This document shows, one piece after another, positions 24,152-36,646 of a stretch of DNA of 64,000 nt. The notes beneath the pieces are model-generated. The model had not been told where the DNA came from. It did not search any database and saw only the letters and a list, made by a program, of their open reading frames with translations. The stretch is from the NCBI GenBank assembly GCA_965240325.2, contig OZ251247.1:434001-498000 (forward strand), given 5' to 3'. The DNA is from Rebecca billardiae RCC1528. Lineage: Eukaryota > Protista > Haptophyta. Positions within the stretch are counted from its first letter, which is position 1; each line of letters starts with the position of its first letter. A program made the translations under genes and the position numbers.

Positions 24152-25684
24152 TCATCCGAGCCACCAGCACTCTGGGCTGACCTCGTTCATGCGATCCGGT
24201 CTCCCGCTGCGCAAGTGGGGCAGCTGCCCGATGCGCGTTGGCGGCGTGCACGGCGACCCCACCGCCGCGGGAAGAGCGACACGACGTATGCTCAGCCCGA
24301 GGCCGAGCGCAGCCGATTGCTCGCCGCACGAGTACACGCTGCCGTCCGACGTCACGTACAGCGCTGTGTGACCGCCCATGGCGCAGCGCGCAACGCGGGT
24401 GTGCGCGAGAGCGTGCACGCATTCCGGGATGCGAACGTGCACGACGCCCGCAGCGATGCGAAGACCCCGCTCGCCGCTGCTGATGCGCCCAAACGTGTGC
24501 ACGCTGCCGTCTGCACCCAGCACAGCGCTGCTGTAGAGGCCAGCGCACGCGCGAACAGCGCGCACACCAGAGAGGGCGTCAATCCGCCTCGGCGCGAGTT
24601 GATCGCGCGTGTCTCCATGTCCGAGATTGCCAGACATGCCCTGCCCGAACGAGTACACCTCCCCCTCGCTGTCCACCACCAGGCTGTGCGTGTGGCCCGC
24701 GCTCACGTGCACGGTGTGCACGCCCGCTAGCGCCTCGATGCGCCTCGGCGTGCGCTGATCCTGCTGGCCGCCGTGGCCGAGACGGCCCTTGTAGCCCCAG
24801 CCGCACGAGTAGACGGCGCCATGTGCAGAGAGCAGTAGCGTGTGGAAGCCGCCCGCGGCCATCCCGCCCACGCGCACGCCATCCAGCGCCTCGAAGCGCG
24901 TCGGCTCCAACCGAGGCTGAATATCGCCGTGGCCGAGCTGGCCGCTGCGGTTGTCGCCCCAGCTGTACGCGCACCCAGCGGCGGTGAGCGCAAGGCTGTG
25001 GCTCCCAGCAGCCGAAATACTCACGATGGTGGCAGTACGCAGGTGGCGGATCAGCGCGAACGAGCTACGCTCCTCCATGTCCCCGAGCCCGAGCTCGCCG
25101 AAGCCGTTGTCGCCGCAGCCGTACACGGCGCCGGCCTCGCTCAGCGCGAGCAGGTGCCAGTGCCCAGAGGCCACCGCGACCACGCGCACGGCGCCCAGAG
25201 AGGTAACGCGTGCTGGCACGTGCACCTCCGGCCGGCCCGCGTGACCGATGGCGACGGGCGTTCGGTACTCCCCCGTGCCGTTCCCCTCGGCGCCCACCAC
25301 CTCCTCCTCGCCGCACGTGTGCAGCCCGCCCTCCGCGTCCACAAACGCGCTGAAGTCCATGCCGGCTGAGACCGGTGATGCGTGCGCGTGCGCACCCTCA
25401 AGCACGCGCTCGCGCACGAACAGCTCCTCCGCCCACGTGCGCACGCAGAAGGGCAGCGACGCCGGTAGAGCCCGCGCGTGCCCGCGCAAGCACACGCGCT
25501 CGCGCAGCGCGCGCTCGACCGCAGAGCACCCGCCGGGCGGCGCGGCGCGGAAGAGGCGCGCGGCGGCGTTCAGGCTCGCAAGGTCGCGCGGCGGCAGGAG
25601 TGAGACGATGCAGTCGAGCACCTCGGGTGGCAGGTCGTCAAGCCCGAGGCCACGAGAGGGTGCGTGCGTCGTGCTGATGGTCAT
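24152..25684 (-). CDS. F-box + RCC1-repeat protein, copy 1
   Basis: LDDLPPEVLDCIVSLLPPRDLASLNAAARLFR (F-box pattern), then repeated GxxHxLxLxxxGxVYSWGxNxxGQLGHG RCC1 units. Start chosen at MTIST by homology to the other copies. Confidence 0.85.
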   Translation of the reverse strand: MTISTTHAPSRGLGLDDLPPEVLDCIVSLLPPRDLASLNAAARLFRAAPPGGCSAVERALRERVCLRGHARALPASLPFCVRTWAEELFVRERVLEGAHAHASPVSAGMDFSAFVDAEGGLHTCGEEEVVGAEGNGTGEYRTPVAIGHAGRPEVHVPARVTSLGAVRVVAVASGHWHLLALSEAGAVYGCGDNGFGELGLGDMEERSSFALIRHLRTATIVSISAAGSHSLALTAAGCAYSWGDNRSGQLGHGDIQPRLEPTRFEALDGVRVGGMAAGGFHTLLLSAHGAVYSCGWGYKGRLGHGGQQDQRTPRRIEALAGVHTVHVSAGHTHSLVVDSEGEVYSFGQGMSGNLGHGDTRDQLAPRRIDALSGVRAVRACAGLYSSAVLGADGSVHTFGRISSGERGLRIAAGVVHVRIPECVHALAHTRVARCAMGGHTALYVTSDGSVYSCGEQSAALGLGLSIRRVALPAAVGSPCTPPTRIGQLPHLRSGRPDRMNEVSPECWWLG

Positions 25685-25954
25685 CGCTCTCGGCTCACGG
25701 GGCGCGCTGACGAAGGAAACTCTCGAGGGCGCCGAGGCCGAGTTGCACGACGAATTGCATGCTCGCTGCGCTCGCGGCGTGAGCCTTGACGAACGCACTG
25801 CGACGACGTGCGTGCGTGTTGCCATCACGTTCATTATTGGCGCTTTTCTTACGGGGGTAACAGAATACAGATTACTGATAAAGTACCGTAGTATTGGTTG
25901 TGCATGCGAGGCCCCAGGGAGGGCGTCAGTGCTGCTCACCACATCTGCGGCGCC

Positions 25955-26842
25955 ATGCCGTCGCCCGCCCGCCGCGCGGCGCTCGCGGCCCTCCTCGCCG
26001 CCGTCGCAGCGCCACCATGCACGCGTGGCCTCGACGAGTGGCACCTGGACCGCAGACGCGCGCAGAAGGTGCTCGTCGTGCACGTGGGCAAAACCGGCGG
26101 CTCCTCCGCAAGCTCATACCTCAAGCGGAACGGCGTGCCGCTGCACCGCGTGCACAGGCGGCCGATCACGCGCGCCGAGATCAACGCGGCGCGCGCGGTG
26201 ATCGTGCCCGTGCGCGATCCGCTCGCTAGGGCGGTGTCTGGCTTCAACTGGCGGCACACGCACCAGTTCCCGCCCACGCGCTTCGAGCGGGAGGAGCTGT
26301 TCAAGTGCTTCAGCCACCCGAATGAGCTGGCGCTGGCGTTGCTGCCGCCTCGCGGCGACAGCGGAGAGGGGGCGAGGGGCCATGCCACCGTCGACGTCAG
26401 CGAGCACTGCCGAGGCGTGGCGCGGCGCGGGCTCCACCCGGGCGTCGCCGAGGCCAACCAGACGCAGATGGGCATGGGCTGGGCCTACCACGTGGGAGAT
26501 ACAATCTCCCTGCTGGAGAGCGCCAAGGGGGTGCACGTGTACGCCGTGCACACGGACAGCCTGCAGGGTGACGCCATGGACATGTACAAGGCGCTGCTGC
26601 GCGACCGCACGCTCGGGCTGCAGGCGGGGCGCGGGCACGGTGCAAGGCACGCGGCCGCGCACGCTGCCGAGTTCCCCACGACGCACACCGGGCGGTACAA
26701 TGGCAGCGAGCGCGTAGTGACCGACGCGCGCGCACGCGAGGCGATGCGCGCGGAGCTCGTGGAGGACTACGCGATCATCGCGCGCGTCGAGCGACTGCAC
26801 GCGCGCACAATCGCGCGCGGCGCGTCGGAGTGCAGCCGCTAG
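25955..26842 (+). CDS. Sulfotransferase-family protein with N-terminal signal/anchor
   Basis: VVHVGKTGGSS (5'-PSB-like) and VPVRDPLARAVSGFNW (3'-PB-like) motifs. Hydrophobic N-terminus MPSPARRAALAALLAAVAA. Intronless. Confidence 0.7.
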   Translation: MPSPARRAALAALLAAVAAPPCTRGLDEWHLDRRRAQKVLVVHVGKTGGSSASSYLKRNGVPLHRVHRRPITRAEINAARAVIVPVRDPLARAVSGFNWRHTHQFPPTRFEREELFKCFSHPNELALALLPPRGDSGEGARGHATVDVSEHCRGVARRGLHPGVAEANQTQMGMGWAYHVGDTISLLESAKGVHVYAVHTDSLQGDAMDMYKALLRDRTLGLQAGRGHGARHAAAHAAEFPTTHTGRYNGSERVVTDARAREAMRAELVEDYAIIARVERLHARTIARGASECSR

Positions 26843-26936
26843 TAGCAGCTGCTCAGCCACATAACACCATCTGACCGTACGCGGCGCAGGATGCATGTGC
26901 TCGTCGCCGCGTACGACAGTCAGCTTCATGAGGCGG

Positions 26937-29574
26937 CACAGTGCCGGAAAACTGCTCAGGGTGACGTTTTAAGTTGTCCGCACCACTAGTCGAATCATCG
27001 GACAATTCTGAAGCGGTGCGCCTAAATTCGGCGCACCATAGGCGCGTCGAATCGTGGCACAGACCTTGGTAGCAGGCCACACCTGAGCGCGCTGCGCGCG
27101 CCGACGCGCGCTCGGCGCGGGCAAAAAATCATGCGCCGTTGGCGCATTACGCAGCCCTGCGCAGCGCTGTGCTCGAGCTCGGCGGCGGCGAAAGCGGGCG
27201 GGCGCACACGGCGGTGCCCGTGCGCGCTGCTCCGAGCGCAGCTGCGGCCACCCCGGCGGCATGCCGCCGGTCGAGGGCACGAAAACCGATTTTTCGGGAA
27301 AATGCAGAGCAGCGGCGCCCGAGCGCGCCCGAGCTCGTCGCAGCACAGTCTCCTGGTGGCTGCGCCCCGTGAAGCCACGCCACGCGGGGCGCTGGCGTGC
27401 GCGTGGCCTGCGCCCACCGTGCGCTGCCCGATCATGGCCGTCGACCGCTCCGAGCGCCTCACCACGCGTGCTCGAGCCCACCGATACTGACGCCCGAGCA
27501 CGGTGCCGGCAGCGCTCGCAGGTGGGCGTCGGAGAAAACACGCCGGCCGAACGAGCTTGAAGCGTCCGCCGCGACGCCAACGGCAGCGGACGACGTGCGC
27601 GCCACCTCGGCGCCAGTCGCCCAGCCCTTGCGCGGCGGTGCGGGCTCGCTCGTTCGCCGCCATCAGCTGCGCGCGCGCAGCCCGATCACTGCCCGCTGGT
27701 TCTGTTGTCGAGCAGCTGCGGCCTGCCACGCGCACTGCCGGACATTGAGCCACAGCGCGAGCACGCGCCTCGTCTGGCACGTGCGAGCACTCAGCATCGT
27801 GCGTGGCCACCATGACGCGCCCATCTGCGCCAGCAGCGATGAGCACGCCGCCGTTCAGCTCGCATCGGGCTCGCTCGCGACGCAGCAACGCGCGGCCGTA
27901 GCGGCAGCAGCGGCGCCGTCGAGCACGCGCAGCAAACAAATATGCAGCGCGGGCGAGTCGACGGTCTGGAAAATGCGCGATCACGCCACAGCAGGCTGGC
28001 AGAGCCCGCCCGAGCTGCAGCATGCCGTAGGTGCTGCCCCAAGCTCTCGACTGCCCGTAAGCGGCGGCATGTGCGGCGGCGCCGGCGGCGGCCATGCTGC
28101 CACGCCGTTGCGCGCCGCGGGGCGCCGTCGGCACCTCCGTGGTGAAGCGCACAGAGCTCGAGCCCACGGGGGCTGGCGACCGTCAAACCGACACCCCATG
28201 ACGCGGGGCTGCGTGCGCCAGCTGCGCGCACTCCGTGGGCCCACCTAGCCCGCTCGAGCAGCTCGCCTTGGGTGCGCGCAGCGGCTCGAGCACACTGGTA
28301 TGGGACGCCTGCCTGCGGTGCCGCCGAGCACATGCGGCCGACGGTCACTCAGCACGGGCGACTCGACGGCGGCGAGCAGGCGCGACGGCCTCGCCGCGCC
28401 GCGGAAAAGCCTGCCCGGGCTGCAGCACGCCGTAGGAGCAGCCCAGCGCCCTCCTCCGCCCTCAAGCTTCGGCGCGCGCAGCAGGCCCGGCGGCGGCCAT
28501 GCTGGCGTGCCCAAGCATGAAGATGGGCGCGGCCGGCCGCGCCGTCGCAAAGCGCGCAGAACTCGAGCTCGGGGGGGCGGACGGCCGCCAAACTGGCGCG
28601 GCAGGACGTGGCACTGCGTGCGCCAGCTGCGCGCACCCGCTGCGCCCGCGTGGCCCGTGCGAGCGCCGCGCCTCGAGCACACGCAGCTGCTCGACACAGC
28701 CACGGCAGTGTGGCTTGTGCGCGTGCACGTGATCAGTCTCAGCTCTGAGGCGCGCGCTCAGGAGGGCTGCGGCCGGGCCGAGCGCGATCTGCGCGGACGG
28801 TACAGCCTGGCGGCTCATGCCAGCCAGCCCAAAGCCCGCTCCGCCATCCGCGTCATGGCGCTCCAGCCTCTCGCGTGCTGCGCTGCAGCCGCGCTCGGCA
28901 AAGACGTCGCCCAGCCCGCCTTGCACGCGGCTGAGCAGTGGCAGCCAGGCGAAGCGTCGTCGCGGGCGAGGCTGCGCTGGGTGATGCGGCTCGGGTCGGT
29001 GGGCAAGTCGCACCCCGCCGTCGGTCGCCTCCACGCCTCAGGCTCGCTCGAGGTCAAAGACAACTGCGCGGCGCGGCGTTTGCGCGGGCGGGCCGCGGGC
29101 GTGGCGGGGTGTACGCGTGCAATGTCACAGCCTCCCACACAATGTCAGGAGGGTGAGACGCACCGCCAGCGGCACCCGCACACAATCCCACCCTGCGCGA
29201 GCCACCTGCCGTGTCGACTGAAGCATCAGGCTCGGGCGCAACCGCGGGCGGCGCATGCAAGAAGCTCGCGAAACGCACCGCGCGCGCCGTGAGGGCGAAA
29301 GGAGAGCACCCGTCAGGGCGGCGAGGAACTTGCCCAGCGCCACGCGGAAGACGACCCCAGCCCGCGTCGACGCATCGTCGGGCCCGCGAGCAGCCTCGTC
29401 GGTCTTCGCCGAGTAGATCGCGCCGCGAGCCGAGGCACCGCTCGTTTGAGGCTCCGTCCGCCGCGAAGTCGCGGCTTCCACCCGAGTTCCACTGTCCGGC
29501 CGAGACCGGATTCGCTGACTCGAGCTGCGGACCGTCGTCCGAAGCGTCACGGAAAATTCCAATCCGGCACTGTG
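26937..29574. mobile_element. Probable non-autonomous DNA transposon with CACAG termini (CMC/EnSpm- or Transib-like)
   Basis: Both ends read CACAGTGCCGGA-N12-GTGACG(T/C)TT, followed by further patchy inverted similarity (GTCCGCA..AGTC..GAATC). GG on both flanks. Internal imperfect ~400-bp-offset duplication (~27950-28270 vs ~28355-28690). No recognisable transposase. Confidence 0.6.
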
Positions 29575-29720
29575 GGGCAGAATCTGGCATATATGGGGAC
29601 GACGGCGAGGAGCGCTGATCCTGGTGTTTGTCTCTGCTGCTCGATCTGCCGCTACAGCTTGCTGACTCTGACGCCTGCCCGTTGCATACCACGTCGTTAA
29701 TATATATATATATATATATA

Positions 29721-31310
<1,590 letters not shown>

Positions 31311-32890
31311 TCCTCACCGTGTCCGTGTCGCCAGGCCAGTCGGCGTCGAACCATTCGTCTACCCAGTCCATCGTCACGCCAAGCCCGAGTGCGCCCGAGC
31401 GCCAACCGCACGCGTGCACGGCGCCGTCCGCTGTGACGTACAGCGCGTGGGTCTCAGCCAGCGCGCAATCGAGCACACGCACTGAGCCGAACGCCTGCAC
31501 GCGTGCGGGCAGAAAGAGCCGCCTGCTTTTCACAGACGCAGCGAGCTGGCCATGCCTGTTGTTCCCAAACGTGTGCACGCTGCCGTCTACGCCCAGCATC
31601 GCGCTGCTGCCCACGCCTGCGCACGCGCGCACCACGCACACACCCTCCAGCGCCTGGATACGCATAGGCAGCGGCGAGGTGCCCACTCCGTACGAGTACA
31701 CCGCCCCCTCGCTGTCCACCACCAGGCTGTGGTCACTGCCCGCGCTCACGTGCACGGCGCGCACGCCCGCGAGCGCCTCGATGCGCCTCGGCGTGTGCTG
31801 ATCCTCCTCGTCGCCGTGACCGAGAGGGCCAAAGTTGCCAGCGCCGCACGAGTACACGACGCCGTGTGCAGAGAGCAGTAGCGTGTGTCGGCCACCCGCG
31901 GCCAACCCGCCCACGCGAACGCCGTCCAGCGCCTCGATGCGCGTCGGCTCCCAGCGGTCCTCCTCGTCGCCGTGGCCGAGCTGGCCGTAGTAGTTGTGGC
32001 CCCAGCTGTACACACAGCCAGCGGCGGTGAGCGCGAGGCTGTGGAACTCGCCGGCCGCGATGGACACGATGGGCTCGTGCCGCAGCGACTCGCCAAGGGC
32101 AAAAGAGCGCAGATCATCCTTGTGCCCGAGCCCGAGCTGGCGGTACCCGTTGTCGCCGCAGCCGTACACGGCGCCTGCCTCACTCAGCGCGAGCAGGTGG
32201 CGAGGGCCAGCGGCCACCGCGACCACGCGCACCGCGGAGAGCGAGGCCACGCGCGTGGGCACGTGCATTGCCGTCAGAGCCGTCAGAGCCGAGTGGCCGA
32301 TCGCTATGGGCGGGACGTACGCGCCCGTCTTGTGCCCGTCGTCGTCCACCTCCTCCTCCTCGCCGCACGTGTGCAGCCCGCCCTCCGCGTCCACAAACGC
32401 GCTGAAGCGGTGGCCGGCCGCCACGGCAGATGCGTGCGCGCACGCCAGCTCGAGCACGCGCTCACGCGTACAGAGCTCCTCCACCCAGGTGCAAACGCCT
32501 GCGGGTAGCACGGACGGCAGCGCGCGAGCGTGTCCCCGCGCGCGCGCGCGCTCGCGCAGCGCGTGCTCGACCGGCGAGCGGCCGCCGGGGGCGCCGCGGA
32601 AGAGGCGCGAGGCGGCGTTGGCCGCGGCGATGTCCATCGGCGCCAGGCCTGCCATCAGAACGCGCTCGATCAACTCTGCAGGCAAGTCAGCGAGGCTTGC
32701 CGGCGCCATCTCTCGCAGGCGAGCTAGTGGCGGTTGGTCATGAACAGTGTGAGCTCGTTGTGTGCCTGCTCAGAACGAGGACGGACGGTTGGTCACTGGT
32801 CAGGGAGCTAGCTGCAAGCTGGATACGGCGCACGACTGTCGATTTGACTCCATTTGACGGGCGCTGAGTTGACAGTAGTTGGTTCGACAG

Positions 32891-34513
32891 TTAAGCAAGG
32901 TATATAGTCCGGTAGTGCGTACACTGAGAGTGAGCTGTCAGGCTCACAAGTCCCCGGGGCTGGTCAGGAGCCGAGCAGCTAGCCAACATCAGTCGAGTAG
33001 TGCCAGTGGCCGCATGCGGAGCATCGGCGCCCTGACCGCCGACAGGCCCCTGGCACGCAGTCGGCCACGCCACGCGCGGAAGCTGTGCAATGCACGTGGG
33101 CGTCTGAACGATGTCGGTCACGTTAAAAAAGTCGCCGTCGAGCGAGGCCATCGTTATGCCAAGCCCGAGCGCGCCTGCACGCAGACCGCACGCGTGCACG
33201 GCGCCGTCCGCTGTGACGTACAGCGACTGGGTCTCAGCCAGCGCGCAGTCCAGCACACGCACTTAGCCGAACGCCTGCACGCGCGCCGGCAAAAAGAGAC
33301 CCCTGCTGTTCCAAGGCGCAGCGAGCTGGCCACGGCTGTTGTCCCCAAACGTGCGCTCGCTGCCGTCCGCGCCCAGCACCGCGCTGCTGCAATGGCCTGC
33401 ACACGCGCGCACGATGCGCACACCGGCCAGCGCCTCGATACGCACTGGCAGCGGCTGCGAGCGCATGTCGCCGTGGCCGAGGGCACCACTGGCGCCCGAT
33501 CCGAACGAGCGCACAACCCCGTCGCTGTCCACCACCAGGCTGTGCGTGTAGCCCGCGCTCACGTGCACGGCGCGCACGCCCGCGAGCGCCACGATGCGCC
33601 TCGGCGTGTGCTGAGGCTGCTTGTCGCCTTGGCCGAGACGGCCAAACCTGCCGTTGCCACACGAGAAGACGGCACCGTGTGCGGAGAGCAGCAGCGTGTG
33701 CTCGGCCCCTGCTGACAGTCCGCCGATGCGTACGCCGTCCAGCGCCTTGATGAGTGTCGGCTTCAGCCGCTCCTTCCTGTCGCCGTGGCCGAGCTGGCCG
33801 CACATGTTGTCGCCCCAGCTGTACACACAGCCAGCGGCGGTGAGCGCGAAGCTGTGGCAGCCGCCCACCGAGATGGCCGCGACGGGCTCGTGCCGCAGCG
33901 ACTCGCCGAGGGCAAAGGAGCGCCGCTTCTCCCTGTCCCCCAGCCCCAGCTGGCCGCACTCGTTGTCGCCGCAGCCGTACACGGCGCCGGCCTCGCTCAG
34001 CGCGAGCAGGTGGCGGTAGCCAGCAGCCACGGCGACCACGCGCACCGTGCTGAGCGAGGCGACTCGAACCGGGATGAGCGACGCATGCGATCCTGCGTGG
34101 CCCGTCGCACTGGGCACTCGCACCTCGCCCGTCGGCCACCCGTCCTCGTCCTCCACCTCCTCCTCGCCGCACGTGTGCAGCCCGCCCTCCGCATCCACAA
34201 ACGCGCTGAAGCGGAGACCGGCCGCCACGGCAGATGCGTGCGCGCACGCCAGCTCGAGCACGCGCTCACGCGTACAGAGCTCCTCCACCCAGGTGCAAAC
34301 GCCTGCGGGTAGCACGGACGGCAGCGCGCGAGCGTGTCCCCGCGCGCGCGCGCGCTCGCGCAGTGCGTGCTCGACCGGCGAGCGGCCGCCGGGGGCGCCG
34401 CGGAAGAGGCGCGAGGCGGCGTTGGCCGCGGCGATGTCCATCGGCGCCAGGCCTGCCATCAGAACGCGCTCGATCAACTCTGCAGGCAAGTCAGCGAGGC
34501 TTGCCGGCGCCAT
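32891..34513 (-). pseudogene. F-box + RCC1 copy 3, premature TAA at 33263-33265 (416-aa truncated product)
   Basis: AFG*VRVLDC where copy 2 has AFGSVRVLDC (TCA>TAA). The frame continues to 32891. Confidence 0.8.
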
Positions 34514-34694
34514 CTCTCGCAGGCGAGCTAGTGGCGGTTGGTCATGAACAGTGTGAGCTCGTTGTGTGCCTGCTCAGAACGAGGACGGACGGTTGGTCAC
34601 TGGTCAGGGAGCTAGCTGCAAGCTGGATACGGCGCACGACTGTCGATTTGACTCGATTTGACGGGCGCTGAGTTGACAGTAGTTGGTTCGACAG

Positions 34695-36317
34695 TTAAGC
34701 AAGGTATATAGTCCGGTAGTGCGTACACTGAGAGTGAGCTGTCAGGCTCACAAGTCCCCGGGGCTGGTCAGGAGCCGAGCAGCTAGCCAACATCAGTCGA
34801 GTAGTGCCAGTGGCCGCATGCGGAGCATCGGCGCCCTGACCGCCGACAGGCCCCTGGCACGCAGTCAGCCACGCCACGCGCGGAAGCTGTGCAATGCACG
34901 TGGGCGTCTGAACGATGTCGGTCACGTTAAAAAAGTCGCCGTCGAGCGAGGCCATCGTTATGCCAAGCCCGAGCGCGCCTGCACGCAGACCGCACGCGTG
35001 CACGGCGCCGTCCGCTGTGACGTACAGCGACTGGGTCTCAGCCAGCGCGCAGTCCAGCACACGCACTTAGCCGAACGCCTGCACGCGCGCCGGCAGAAAG
35101 AGATCCCTGCTGTTCCAAGGCGCAGCGAGCTGGCCACGGCTGTTGTCCCCAAACGTGCGCTCGCTGCCGTCCGCGCCCAGCACCGCGCTGCTGCAATGGC
35201 CTGCACACGCGCGCACGATGCGCACACCGGCCAGCGCCTCGACACGCACTGGCAGCGGCTGCGAGCGCATGTCGCCGTGGCCGAGGGCACCGCTGGCGCC
35301 CGATCCGAACGAGCGCACCACCCCGTCGCTGTCCACCACCAGGCTGTGCGTGTAGCCCGCGCTCACGTGCTCGGCGCGCACGCCAGCGAGCGCCACGATG
35401 CGCCTCGGCGTGTGCTGAGGCTGCTTGTCGCCTTGGCCGAGACGGCCAAAGCTGCCGTTGCCACACGAGAAGACGGCACCGTGTGCGGAGAGCAGCAGCG
35501 TGTGCTCGGCCCCTGCTGACAGTCCGCCGATGCGTACGCCGTCCAGCGCCTTGATGCGTGTCGGCTTCAGCCGAGCCTTCCTGTCGCCGTGGCCGAGCTG
35601 GCCGCACATGTTGTCGCCCCAGCTGTACACACACCCAGCGGCGGTGAGCGCGAAGCTGTGGCAGCCGCCCGCCGAGATGACCGCGACGGGCTCGTGCCGC
35701 AGCGACTCGCCGAGGGCAAAGGAGCGCCGCTCCTCCCTGTCCCCCAGCCCCAGCTGGCCGAACTCGTTGTCGCCGCAGCCGTACACGGCGCCGGCCTCGC
35801 TCAGCGCGAGCAGGTGGCGGTAGCCAGCAGCCACGGCGACCACGCGCACCGTGCTGAGCGAGGCGACTCGAACCGGGATGAGCGACGCATGCGATCCTGA
35901 GTGGCCCGTCGCACTGGGCACTCGCACCTCGCCCGTCGGCCACCCGTCCTCGTCCTCCACCTCCTCCTCGCCGCACGTGTGCAGCCCGCCCTCCGCATCC
36001 ACAAACGCGCTGAAGCGGAGACCGGCCGCCACGGGGGATGCGTGCGCGCACGCCAGCTCGTGCACGCGCTCACGCGTAGAGAGCTCCTCCACCCAGGTGC
36101 AAACGCCTGCGGGTAGCACGGACGGCAGCGCGCGAGCGTGTCCCCGCGCGCGCGCGCGCTCGCGCAGCGCGTGCTCGACCGGCGAGCGGCCGCCGGGGGC
36201 GCCGCGGAAGAGGCGCGAGGCGGCGTTGGCCGCGGCGATGTCCATCGGCGCCAGGCCCGCCATCAGAACGCGCTCGATCAACTCTGCAGGGAGGTCAGCG
36301 AGGTGTACCGGCGCCAT
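34695..36317 (-). pseudogene. F-box + RCC1 copy 4, same premature TAA at 35067-35069
   Basis: Near-identical to copy 3, with the same stop. Starts MAPVHLADLP. Confidence 0.8.
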
Positions 36318-36646
36318 CTCGCAGGGTGCGCCGCGTCTTGGCGTAGCGGCGGCGGCGGGGCACTGGTAAAGCGCCGCGCCGCCGCACCACGGTTGGTTCA
36401 ACTGTCGTCTATTTGCGATTTTGACCGGGGGTGGTTTGATTGACAGTTGATTTGACAGTTGAACAAGGCGTAGTACACTGAGAGTGAGTTGTCCTCGAAG
36501 GCTCACACGTCCAGGGGCTGGTCAGGAGCCGAGCACCTAGTCAGCGTCAGTCAGCAAGTGCGCAGTGATGATTCGAGGCAGTCAAGGGAGCCTCCCTTGA
36601 GTCAGTCTGCAGTCAGTAGTGCCAATGGCCGCATGCGCGGAGCCGA

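Larger units (their letters stand above)
32360..36317. repeat. Recent 1804-bp tandem duplication within the array
   Basis: Constant offset of 1804 (32709/34513/36317, 32879/34683, 33263/35067) with few substitutions. Boundaries approximate. Confidence 0.9.
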
